Positions 19,936 through 28,803 are shown, counted from the stretch's first letter. The stretch: 64,000 bases of DNA from an uncultured bacterium (GCA_965541615.1 CBEUCJ010000001.1:67754-131753); one strand, 5' to 3'. Translations and numbers: made by a program. The notes: generated by a model not told the origin, from the sequence alone.

Positions 19936-20398
19936 CTTCAGTAGAGGAGGAGTTGAGAAGTATTTTAGATTAATTGAACATGATTTAAAGCTATTAGATT
20001 TGCTTACAGAAAAATATCCATCTCATCTTGAAAAAGAAGATTTTTCTGACTGGATAGTAACTACTTTATTTTATATAGCATGTATTTATTTAAAAGCTTT
20101 ATTCAGATTGTATGGCGAAGATATTCAAAGTCATTATGCCTTGAAACAACAATTGTATGCAAGAAAAGAATTATTTCAAATCATAAAACCTTACAGACAT
20201 TTGGAAGAAGCAAGCAGAGATGCTCGTTATGAAGGGAGGGTCTTTTCTTCTGATTATATTATAAATAGACTTTATCCTAAATTTAAAATAGTGCGTGATT
20301 GTGTTGTTGAGCTGTTCAACAAAAATAGAATTTTTAATATTCCTCAAGTTGATCCCTTACCATTTTTAAAAAGATTAGAGAAACGAAGTATTTCTTAA
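19922..20398 (+). CDS. HEPN domain protein
   Basis: Helical; DWIVTTLFY...LKAL, SH..L and SRDARY motifs typical of HEPN partners of MNTs. Confidence 0.65.
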   Translation: MNEYDFSRGGVEKYFRLIEHDLKLLDLLTEKYPSHLEKEDFSDWIVTTLFYIACIYLKALFRLYGEDIQSHYALKQQLYARKELFQIIKPYRHLEEASRDARYEGRVFSSDYIINRLYPKFKIVRDCVVELFNKNRIFNIPQVDPLPFLKRLEKRSIS

Positions 20399-20479
20399 AT
20401 GAGAGTTATTTCTTGAATACTCAAATCGCACACTTGAATAAAATTTTAGCTAAAAAAGAATTAACTTCTTGAAATTTCG

Positions 20480-20541
20480 TTAATTACGATTATACTGAGA
20501 ATCGTAATTAAAAGAGAAATTAATTACGGATAGTGTAATTA
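20480..20541. repeat. Inverted-repeat operator array
   Basis: TTAATTACGATT-N8-AATCGTAATTAA (20480-20511, perfect) plus TAATTAC-N7-GTAATTA (20521-20541), overlapping TTGAAA..TATACT promoter-like hexamers. Confidence 0.7.
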
Positions 20542-20568
20542 TAAGGAGCGGAGTTCAGATTCAATAAT

Positions 20569-20680
20569 TTCAATACAAATAATTTAATCAAAAAATTTCT
20601 GAAATGGGGAATACTTAAAGAATGGGACGAAAGAGAAATAGAGTTTTCTTTTATGAAGAGTATCTGAATTTATTTTATTA
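20569..20680 (+). pseudogene. Frameshifted C-terminal winged-helix remnant of a Fic-family gene
   Basis: FNTNNLIKKFLKWGILKE then, after a frameshift, GRKRNRVFFYEEYLNFI, matching the typical Fic C-terminus (..GILKEITGRKRNRVFxYxxYL). Confidence 0.65.
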
Positions 20681-20698
20681 GAAAGAACAAAAAGAAGA

Positions 20699-21184
20699 CT
20701 ACTTTATAAATCTTCCGTCGTCTTTTGTTTTATTTAATTTAAATATATTCTTTTTAAGCCAGCCAATTCTTTCTACTTCTCTTATATCAAATTGAGGAAC
20801 ATAAGGTTTTATATCTAAAAGAGGAGTTTTATCTACAATATCTACATCCTCTATATAAAGAATATTTTTTCTAATTTTAAGAAGACGTACTACTGAAATA
20901 CCAATAGGATTAGGACGAGAAGGAGCACGTGTAGCAAATATTCCATGGAATCTTTTATCCATAAATGGTTTTACTTTTAATTTACAGCCTTTGGTAAGAT
21001 GGAAATGATAAATTAAGATAATATGAGAAAAACCACCCAAGTCTTTTAAAGCTTCTTTATATTCAGAAAATACTTCCACTTTTCCTTTAATACCTTCTGC
21101 TGCTTGAGGCTGAATAGGAACACCTTTAGGTTCTTTAAAAGGAGAGTAAATTATCCCAATTGGTTTATATATTATCTCCTTCAT
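20699..21184 (-). CDS. tsaA: tRNA m6t6A37 methyltransferase TrmO/TsaA family
   Basis: PIGIIYSPF..PIQP, FSHIILIYHFH, GIFATRAPSRPNPIG, TPLLDIKPY. Confidence 0.92.
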   Translation of the reverse strand: MKEIIYKPIGIIYSPFKEPKGVPIQPQAAEGIKGKVEVFSEYKEALKDLGGFSHIILIYHFHLTKGCKLKVKPFMDKRFHGIFATRAPSRPNPIGISVVRLLKIRKNILYIEDVDIVDKTPLLDIKPYVPQFDIREVERIGWLKKNIFKLNKTKDDGRFIK

Positions 21185-21267
21185 CTTTAATTTAATTTTA
21201 TACTACACACAAAAATTTCAAAATCATAATTTTAAAACTAAAAATTAATTTCTCTAAAAATCACTTC

Positions 21268-21312
21268 AGTAAGATTTCCTTACTTGACAGACTCCTTACT
21301 GTATGATACTTT
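21268..21312 (+). promoter_or_regulatory. Promoter/operator of the vapBC-type TA operon
   Basis: TTGACA at 21284-21289; AGTAAG-N5-CTTACT inverted repeat and a second CCTTACT copy within the spacer. Confidence 0.55.
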
Positions 21313-21330
21313 TGGAATGGAGGTGAGAAA

Positions 21331-21567
21331 ATGCTTTGCAAGAAAACCAGTAAAAACCAGATAACTTTACCTAAAAAAATTGTAGAACGATTTAAAGATG
21401 TAGAATATTTTGAAGTAGAAGCGCAAGAAAATAAGATTATTCTAAAACCTGTCAAAATAGAACCAATAAAAAATATCTCCTTAACCAAAATTAGAGAGAA
21501 AATGGCTTCCTTAGGCATTACTGAAGAAGATATTGAAAAGGCAATTTTCTGGGCAAGAAGTAAATAG
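21331..21567 (+). CDS. AbrB/MazE/SpoVT-type antitoxin
   Basis: KTSKNQITLPKKI...IILKP AbrB signature; directly upstream of a PIN gene. Confidence 0.85.
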   Translation: MLCKKTSKNQITLPKKIVERFKDVEYFEVEAQENKIILKPVKIEPIKNISLTKIREKMASLGITEEDIEKAIFWARSK

Positions 21568-22002
21568 ATGAAAAAATTAAGAGTAGTAATAGATACAAAT
21601 GTATTCATATCAGCAATTCTTTTCAAAGGATACCCAGCTAAGTTGGTCGATCTATGGAAAAAAAATTTTTTAAAAATTTTAATTTCTAAAGAAGTTTTAG
21701 AAGAGTACATAAAAGTCCTCTCTTATCCTAAGTTTCAACTCTCAAAAGAAGAAATAAAGTATATAATAGAAAAAGAACTGCTACCTTCTGCAGAAGTAAT
21801 AAAAGTTAAATCAAAAATCAACCTCATAAAAGAAGATAAAGAAGACAATAAATTCCTTACTTTAGCTTTGGAAGGAAATGCTCACTACATTATAAGTGGA
21901 GATAAACATCTTCTCAAACTAAGAAAACTTCATAAAATACCAATAGTTACAATAAAAGAATTTTTAGAAAAAGTTAAATATAAAATGAAATCAGCCAAAT
22001 GA
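21568..22002 (+). CDS. PIN-domain toxin (VapC-like, PIN_3 type)
   Basis: VVIDTNVFISA, EY..VL, DKEDNKFL..A, IISGDKHLL acidic PIN motifs. Confidence 0.9.
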   Translation: MKKLRVVIDTNVFISAILFKGYPAKLVDLWKKNFLKILISKEVLEEYIKVLSYPKFQLSKEEIKYIIEKELLPSAEVIKVKSKINLIKEDKEDNKFLTLALEGNAHYIISGDKHLLKLRKLHKIPIVTIKEFLEKVKYKMKSAK

Positions 22003-22035
22003 TTGCAGGTAAATGTAAAGTAAAATTAATTAAAA

Positions 22036-22752
22036 TTAATAAACTTCTAAAGCTACTCTATTTAACTCTATCTGAATCAGAACAACTGCCAAAGGCCAGC
22101 AAACTAAATACAAAAGGGTCCAGAATCTAGGGGTGTTGTCTTTTTTAATCTGTAAAGAGAAGATCTCAAAGTATTTGTATAAAAAATAGAGAGTTGTGAA
22201 AGGGTTTATTAAATATAAAAATCCTGGTAACTCTGTTCCTGTAAGTTCTAATTCTTTCTTTGTCTTCATAAGCCACCAAAGATGATAAATCCCCAAACTC
22301 AGAATACTAAATATTAATACTAAAAATGGATTTCTTTCTTTTACTCCCAAGATTTTTCCTTCATTAATAGGTAACTTTTTAAACTCTTTTAGAAAAATGA
22401 AAAAACCTAATATAAAGATTATAACTCCTAAAATAAAAATACCTGGTATTAAAATCTTTTCTTCAAAATTAACAAAACTCGCCAAAATCCCCAAAAGCCA
22501 TAAAAAAAATCCTAAAGAAATAAATAAACTAGTCACCAGAATCTTCCTTTTTTCTGATTCTGCTGAAAATTTTGCTACTTGAATGAAGATAATACCTATC
22601 CCCAAAGCAAACATAGTTACTATAAAATCTCTTATTGTGAAGTTTAAAAAAAGCATTATAACCCCTATAACACCTGCAGATAAAAAAATGATCCCTAAAA
22701 ATCCCAAAATCATACCTGCCAGTACTTTTAAGACTTCTTTTATCTCTTTCAT
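22036..22752 (-). CDS. Multi-pass membrane protein with C-terminal DUF4234-like domain
   Basis: Several hydrophobic helices; RNPFLVLIFSILSLGIYHLWW...IQIELN motif. Confidence 0.65.
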   Translation of the reverse strand: MKEIKEVLKVLAGMILGFLGIIFLSAGVIGVIMLFLNFTIRDFIVTMFALGIGIIFIQVAKFSAESEKRKILVTSLFISLGFFLWLLGILASFVNFEEKILIPGIFILGVIIFILGFFIFLKEFKKLPINEGKILGVKERNPFLVLIFSILSLGIYHLWWLMKTKKELELTGTELPGFLYLINPFTTLYFLYKYFEIFSLQIKKDNTPRFWTLLYLVCWPLAVVLIQIELNRVALEVY

Positions 22753-23094
22753 TTATTTAAAAAAGATGGGTTCTAAATATTCTGTCCAGATAAATAAAAA
22801 GACAGGGCCTAAAAGATAAAGGAGTAAGAAGACAAAAAAGAACTTTAACTTAGATTGTGAAAAAACAATACCCAAAATACTCAAAAAAATAGCACTTATA
22901 CCGAGCATAAGAGAACCTATGAGTCCTACTCTTTTGTACAGAATTATAAGAGGTAGATAAATGATTCTAAATATTTCAAATAATTTTTCTTCTTGGTCTA
23001 CACTTAAAGTAAAACGTAAAGAAAAAAATAAAACTCCAATTAAAAAAATAAAGATGAGAATAGAAATCAAATTCAATTTAAATCTCTTACCCAT
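22753..23094 (-). CDS. Hypothetical membrane protein
   Basis: 113 aa, ~3 TM helices, abuts the downstream gene. Confidence 0.6.
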   Translation of the reverse strand: MGKRFKLNLISILIFIFLIGVLFFSLRFTLSVDQEEKLFEIFRIIYLPLIILYKRVGLIGSLMLGISAIFLSILGIVFSQSKLKFFFVFLLLYLLGPVFLFIWTEYLEPIFFK

Positions 23095-23103
23095 ATAAAT
23101 TAA

Positions 23104-23134
23104 ATTTTACTCTAAAAATTTTTATAAGTAAAAT
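23104..23134. promoter_or_regulatory. Symmetric bidirectional promoter
   Basis: TTTACT-N17-TAAAAT is readable on both strands within the same 31 bp. Confidence 0.55.
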
Positions 23135-23142
23135 GTTTAAAT

Positions 23143-24168
23143 ATGGAAAAGTTCTTAAAAGTGGGCAAGATAAAAGTCTATCTTGTATGGTTCGATTCTA
23201 TGAAAGCTAAGTCTTCTGCTGTTTTTATCCAAACACCAGATGTAAAGATCCTCATAGATCCAGGAGCAGCTGTAATGCAGAACTCATATCCTTTGTCTAA
23301 TAAAGAAAAAGAATTTTTCAAAAAAGAAGCTTTAAAAAGAATAGAGTCTTTTTCTAAAAAATCTGATATTATAATCATTACTCATTACCATTATGACCAC
23401 CATACTCTTCCTACAAAAAAGTCAAACTTTTATGAACAAAAAACTTTATTTATAAAAGATCCTAATAAATGGATAAATAGATCTCAATTTTTTAGAGCAA
23501 GAAAATTCCTAAAGAGATTAGCAAATTTAAACAAAGTAAAGTTTAAAAACATATTAGAATCTCCTAAAAAATTAGAGTTTTATGACCCAGTTGAAGATTT
23601 GAAATTTAAAGAGGTAGATAAAAAACAACTCAAAAAAGGTAAAAAATGGCTAAAAGATTTATTTAAACTTTGGAATAAAGAAATGAGTGTTTGTGAGTGG
23701 TCTAAAAACAAAACTTCTGTTTACTTTGCAGATGGAAAAAAAGTAACTTTTAAAAACACACAGATATCATTTTCAGAACCTTTATTCCATGGAATAGAAT
23801 ATGATAGATTAGGCTGGGTAATAATGGTAAATGTTGAATATAAAGATAAAAAAGTCCTCTACACTTCAGATTTACAAGGTATTCCTATTAAAGATTATGC
23901 TCAAAAGATAATTGAGATTAACCCTGATTTATTAATAGCTGATGGACCTGCAACATATCTCTTAGGCTATTTATTAAATCAAAAAAATTTAGAAAGAGCT
24001 ATTGAAAATACTTCTTATATAATTAAAAATATAAAAGCTAAAACGATCATTTATGACCACCATCTATTAAGAGATTTAAACTACAAACAAAAAGTAGAAA
24101 AAATTTATAAGACAGCTTCTAATCTTGGAAAAAAGGTCTTAACTGCTCTTGAATTCTTAGAAGGGTAA
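23143..24168 (+). CDS. Metallo-beta-lactamase-fold hydrolase (UPF0282-like, archaeal type)
   Basis: FDSM.AKS, LIDPGAA, THYHYDH, FHG, YTSDLQG, DGPATYL, YDHHLLRD. Confidence 0.8.
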   Translation: MEKFLKVGKIKVYLVWFDSMKAKSSAVFIQTPDVKILIDPGAAVMQNSYPLSNKEKEFFKKEALKRIESFSKKSDIIIITHYHYDHHTLPTKKSNFYEQKTLFIKDPNKWINRSQFFRARKFLKRLANLNKVKFKNILESPKKLEFYDPVEDLKFKEVDKKQLKKGKKWLKDLFKLWNKEMSVCEWSKNKTSVYFADGKKVTFKNTQISFSEPLFHGIEYDRLGWVIMVNVEYKDKKVLYTSDLQGIPIKDYAQKIIEINPDLLIADGPATYLLGYLLNQKNLERAIENTSYIIKNIKAKTIIYDHHLLRDLNYKQKVEKIYKTASNLGKKVLTALEFLEG

Positions 24169-27135
24169 ACCAAAACTTAAATGAAATTTTTCTCTCTTTC
24201 CTTCTTTAACTGGACCTAACTTAATCCCTAAGTCTAATCTTAAAAATCCCCATTTTGTTCTATATCTCAATCCTAAACCAGTCCCACATTTTAATCTTGA
24301 AATCTTAAATTCCTTAGGTTTATTTGTCAAAAAACCTGTATCAAAAAATAAAGCTCCATACCATTTTTTGTAAATAGGGAACCTAAACTCTGAATTTAAA
24401 ATCCCATAGAATCTTCCACCTAAAGGAAGGTTATCTTTATCTAAGAGATCTGCTCTCCTCCCTTTATAACCTCTTATACTACTTGAACCACCTATAAAAA
24501 ATTTCTCAAAGAATGGTATTGTCTGAAAATCTCCTATTTTATCTTCATATCCTAATTTATTTCTTAAAACAAACACTCTTTCTTTCTTTAAATCCCAATA
24601 AAATCTATTTTCAAATTCTATTTTATAAAAATTTGCATCTGAACCTAAAGCTGAATCTGATAAGTTAAAATTGATTACAGAGTAACTTCCTTTTGTAGGA
24701 TAAATCTTATTATCTAAGGTATCTCTTATAATCTTTAAATTCAAAAAATTGATTTGAGATCTTGGCTGATATTTTTTTAAACTTAAAGGTGCTTTAAAAG
24801 AAACTTTATTTATTGAGTACTCATTAAAACTAAATCCTATTTTTAACTTTGTAAATTTTAAAATTTGAGCACCTAAATAAAAATCCAATGAAAAATTAGT
24901 TTTTAAACTATATCTTTTATCTTTTTCCCATCTCCCTTTGAATACAATTCCACAAAATAGAGGTGAGTTAAATATTTCTTTTTTCTCAAAACCTAATCTT
25001 ATTTTTTTCTCATACTCAGAATACTTACCTCCTGCTATGAGTTTAATATTTTTAAAATGATAACTTAAATTCAGTTTGTTATAAGCTGTCATTCTTAATC
25101 TTAAAGTTTTCTTGGTATCTTTTAAAAAATTCAGAATCTTTTCTTCTATAAAACCTAAAAAAACTATAGAACTTAAATGTCCTGATAAAAGCCAATAGGA
25201 TTTTTTACAATTTAAAGCTCTTTGAAATTCTAATACACATTTTCTTGGGATGTACCTATCAAAGATAGCATTTATCATCAATATTTTTTTATCCTTTAAC
25301 TTATAAGCAAAATTTAAAGGATCTAAAACTTTTAATTCATTTAAGATCTCTGGTGCAAGTTCTTTTTTTACTTTATATTTTTTAGAAATAGTGCTCTTTA
25401 AAAGTAATTCTTTTAAATCAGCTCCTCCTAAAATAAATATCCCTGAATCTATATCCTCTCTTAACTCTAAAACTCTTTCACTAACTATACTCCCTAAACT
25501 TACTCCACCTAAAGTGATTTTAGCTGTGAATTCCTTTTCTTTTAGCCAGTCCAATATATTTTGAGCTTCAAACAAGAGTTCTTTAATTAAATCTAAATAT
25601 ATTAGAAAAATAATATCTTTTTTTCTCCTTATTTTTTTGTATTTGCGATAATCTTTTTGAAATCCTGTCTGAAAAGTTAAAAACCCAATGTCATTTTGAG
25701 CTAAAAATTTTCCTAACTCTCCTTCTATATTCTTACTCACTCCTCTTGAATGTGGAATAAAAACTAAAAATGGAATCTTTTCTTTGGCTTCTAAAGGTAA
25801 GTAACAATATATGTATATACTTTTATCAGGCAATCTATTTTTTATTTTTGGGATATAAAAATATATTAATTTTTTATAAAAAGGAGTTTGTAATTCCTTT
25901 ATCAATTTAGGAGAAATCTTTTCTGATCTTTTTAAACTTATTTTTTTATAAACTTTCTCTTTATAATCTTTAAATACACTTTTTAAAGAAAATCTTACGT
26001 ATTCTTTCTCTTTAACAGAATAAATAAAAAATTCCTTTTTTGAAGGAATAAAGACTATACTTTGCAAGAGATGATTTGAATAAAAAGGCTTAGCCCTCAA
26101 AATTTTAAAGATATCTTTTAAAGAAAACTTATCTTTACTTTTTATAAACTCTTTAAATTTCTTAAGTCTTTTATAAGAAGAAGTATTCTCTAATTTAGTA
26201 TTAGGATAAACTTTCTTCATCGTCTTAAATAATTCTTTTGAAAGATAATGGTTTACACTTACTAAATAATTATCTTTTGGAAAAAGTATTTGATATCTTT
26301 TGCCTGTAAATTCAATTAGTGCAGCTTTCTTATTTTTTTCACAAATAGTTATTGTGAAGCCTGCTATTCTTTTTGAAGAGATTACTTTTCCAATAGCTTC
26401 TTCTAAACTCTCAGAATTTTGAATTAGTTCTCTTAATAGAAACATAATCGGTATTCCTGTGCGATTTAATTCACTAGTTCCCACCCCTGTCTCAGAAACA
26501 GAGATTCCTTTTGCATTCATTGCACTTAAAACTCCACACATTCCAGGCCATCCAATAGAAACAAAAGGTACACCTTTTTTTGGCATAAAAAAGAAGATTA
26601 CTTGGTTTTCTACTAAACCCTGTGGGGGCACAAAACCTAAATCTCTACCATGAAAAAGTAAAGCTTCTTTTGTAATCTTAGGCATCAGTACAATATTCGT
26701 GCAAGTCTTTTTCTTCCTCAAAAAACTCAAAGTATCCAAAAAAGTATGCATCATTAATATTTTTGAATAACTTAACCCTGAACCTTTTGCTATCCCTATT
26801 ATTTCTTTCCTTAATTCTTTAGGGATGTATCTTTGGTACAAAAAAGCTTTAAATTTGAAATAATTCCAAAGGATAAACCTTTTAAGTTTAGATTTTATCT
26901 GTTTTTTTAAAAATGTATTTAAAAAATAATCTCTATAAAGCTGATTTATTTCTTTTCTTAATAAGACTCCTTGCTGATAACCCATCTCAAAGCTATCCCC
27001 TTTAAGATACACTATTTTAAAACCTGCTCTTTCTTCTAAATGGGCTTTTTTTAAAATCTTATAGAAATCTTGATGACAATTTAAATTTTTAAAAAATGAA
27101 AGGAAAATAATAAAGAAAAATATCTTTGCCTTCAT
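24157..27135 (-). CDS. Secreted C45/Ntn-hydrolase + alpha/beta-hydrolase + Omp85 (BamA/TamA-like) barrel fusion
   Basis: Signal-like N-terminus; LKGDSFEMGYQQG and EIIGIAKG, Cys145 (CTNI), HGRD, VNHY (C45); GVSLG/Asp/GH triad; DNKIYPTKG, FFIGGSSSIRGY, SEFRFP, ALFFDTG, GLGLRY and terminal Phe (Omp85). Confidence 0.82.
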   Translation of the reverse strand: MKAKIFFFIIFLSFFKNLNCHQDFYKILKKAHLEERAGFKIVYLKGDSFEMGYQQGVLLRKEINQLYRDYFLNTFLKKQIKSKLKRFILWNYFKFKAFLYQRYIPKELRKEIIGIAKGSGLSYSKILMMHTFLDTLSFLRKKKTCTNIVLMPKITKEALLFHGRDLGFVPPQGLVENQVIFFFMPKKGVPFVSIGWPGMCGVLSAMNAKGISVSETGVGTSELNRTGIPIMFLLRELIQNSESLEEAIGKVISSKRIAGFTITICEKNKKAALIEFTGKRYQILFPKDNYLVSVNHYLSKELFKTMKKVYPNTKLENTSSYKRLKKFKEFIKSKDKFSLKDIFKILRAKPFYSNHLLQSIVFIPSKKEFFIYSVKEKEYVRFSLKSVFKDYKEKVYKKISLKRSEKISPKLIKELQTPFYKKLIYFYIPKIKNRLPDKSIYIYCYLPLEAKEKIPFLVFIPHSRGVSKNIEGELGKFLAQNDIGFLTFQTGFQKDYRKYKKIRRKKDIIFLIYLDLIKELLFEAQNILDWLKEKEFTAKITLGGVSLGSIVSERVLELREDIDSGIFILGGADLKELLLKSTISKKYKVKKELAPEILNELKVLDPLNFAYKLKDKKILMINAIFDRYIPRKCVLEFQRALNCKKSYWLLSGHLSSIVFLGFIEEKILNFLKDTKKTLRLRMTAYNKLNLSYHFKNIKLIAGGKYSEYEKKIRLGFEKKEIFNSPLFCGIVFKGRWEKDKRYSLKTNFSLDFYLGAQILKFTKLKIGFSFNEYSINKVSFKAPLSLKKYQPRSQINFLNLKIIRDTLDNKIYPTKGSYSVINFNLSDSALGSDANFYKIEFENRFYWDLKKERVFVLRNKLGYEDKIGDFQTIPFFEKFFIGGSSSIRGYKGRRADLLDKDNLPLGGRFYGILNSEFRFPIYKKWYGALFFDTGFLTNKPKEFKISRLKCGTGLGLRYRTKWGFLRLDLGIKLGPVKEGKREKFHLSFGLPF

Positions 27136-27247
27136 TTCATCATTATTTTACTCCATCTACAATTTTTTTGTAAATCTGGTCTTGCTCATTTGACACAGTT
27201 TTTTTAAAGATGTAAAATTTTTGAGCTTTAAGAATTTTCAAAAAACT

Positions 27248-28450
27248 ATGGCAGAACTCAACGTTCTACTCATAATAGGATCATCTATATTAATAAGTTT
27301 GGCAGCAGGAAAATTTATAAATAAATTCAAATTTCCTATGGTAGTTGGATACGTAATTATAGGTGTTATTCTGGGTAAATCTTTCTTAAATCTCTTAAAA
27401 CCTGAAATCGTTGAAAGAACTCATCTTTTAAATGATTTGGCTTTAGGAATCATTGCTTTTATGATAGGAGGAGAATTAAATTTAGTCCGTCTCAGAGAAG
27501 TAGGCAAAGCTATTTTTTTAATAACTCTGTTTGAATCTTTAGGAGCTTTTTTTCTTGTAAGTCTTTCTTCTTATCTTTTAACAAAGAAAATTTCTCTCTC
27601 TTTAATATTAGGAAGCATAGCTTCAGCTACTGCTCCTGCAGCTACAGTTGCAGTAATAAACCAATATAAAGCAAGAGGACCTTTAACAGATACTATATTA
27701 GGAATAGTAGGAAGTGATGATGCTATAGCTTTAATTATCTATTCTTTTGCTTCAAGTTTAGCTTTCCACCTTATAACTCATAACTCTCTTTCATTCTTTG
27801 CTACATTTCTAAATCCTCTTAAAAAAATTCTGCTTTCTATTTTAATAGGAGGAGCTTTAGGATTAAGTTTAAGTTATATTTTAAACAGAATAAAATCCAA
27901 AGAAGAAGGATTTGCTATTACAATGGGAATATTTCTTTTAGGAGAAGGACTCGCTTTAGAGTTTGATCTTTCAGAACTACTTCTTATAATGAGTTTAGCT
28001 TTTGTAGCAAGTAATTTGGCTTTTCGTAAATTTAATCCTGTAATGAATACTTTAAATATTGTAGGCTTTCCTTTAATAAGTGCTTTCTTTTGTTTAGCAG
28101 GAACAAGATTAGATATAAATCTTTTGCCTAAAATAGGGATTTTAGGATTTGTGTATTTAATTGCAAGATTAGTTGGGAAATTCTTTGGAGCTCAATTTGG
28201 AGCGAATTTAGCTTCAGCTCCTAAGGTTATAAAAAAATATGTAGGACTGTGTTTATGGCCTCAAATCGGTGTAGCTGTGGCTTTAGCTATCTTAGTAGAA
28301 AGAGATTTTGGTAAATTAGGAATAGTTGGTCATAATTTAGCTAACATAGCTATAAACATTCTTTTATTTACTACTATATTTACTGAAATAATTGGACCTT
28401 TAGCTACAAAATTTGCTTTAACAAAAGCAAAAGAAATAAAGAGGAAATAA
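27248..28450 (+). CDS. Cation:proton antiporter (CPA family)
   Basis: ~12 TM; PMVVGYVIIGVILG, IAFMIGGEL, ATAPAATVAV, DDA, RLVGKFFG, PQIGVAVAL. Confidence 0.88.
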   Translation: MAELNVLLIIGSSILISLAAGKFINKFKFPMVVGYVIIGVILGKSFLNLLKPEIVERTHLLNDLALGIIAFMIGGELNLVRLREVGKAIFLITLFESLGAFFLVSLSSYLLTKKISLSLILGSIASATAPAATVAVINQYKARGPLTDTILGIVGSDDAIALIIYSFASSLAFHLITHNSLSFFATFLNPLKKILLSILIGGALGLSLSYILNRIKSKEEGFAITMGIFLLGEGLALEFDLSELLLIMSLAFVASNLAFRKFNPVMNTLNIVGFPLISAFFCLAGTRLDINLLPKIGILGFVYLIARLVGKFFGAQFGANLASAPKVIKKYVGLCLWPQIGVAVALAILVERDFGKLGIVGHNLANIAINILLFTTIFTEIIGPLATKFALTKAKEIKRK

Positions 28451-28464
28451 AAAGGAGGCAGAGA

Positions 28465-28803
28465 ATGGAACTTTTGATACTTACTCTTAATAAAGAAGAA
28501 TACTTAGAAAAAATTTTATCTATTCTTATAGAAGCTGGAATCTCTCAAGCTGTTATTTTAGAAAGTGAAGCTTTAGGACATTTTTTAGCTTACAAAGTCC
28601 CTATCTTTGCAGGTTTAAGATACTTAGTAGGAAAGAAAAAATCTCAAAACAAGACTATCTTAGCCTTAATAGAAAACAAAGAAGATTTTTTAAAATTTAA
28701 GAAAATACTCGCAGAGGAAAATATAGATTTCACTGAACCTGGAATGGGTATGATCTTAACCTTACCTGTAAATGAAGTTATCAAACCTTCAAAAGAAATT
28801 TAA
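28465..28803 (+). CDS. PII-like (GlnB-fold) protein
   Basis: 112 aa; LL.LTLNKEE.L..IL..L.EAGI..A.ILES..LG...P.FAGL...KTI...PGMGMI.TLPV pattern. Confidence 0.65.
   Translation: MELLILTLNKEEYLEKILSILIEAGISQAVILESEALGHFLAYKVPIFAGLRYLVGKKKSQNKTILALIENKEDFLKFKKILAEENIDFTEPGMGMILTLPVNEVIKPSKEI

Noticed and set aside
22397-22819. Plus-strand K/I/P-rich ORFs that look repetitive
   Set aside because: Shadow of the hydrophobic membrane-protein genes on the minus strand
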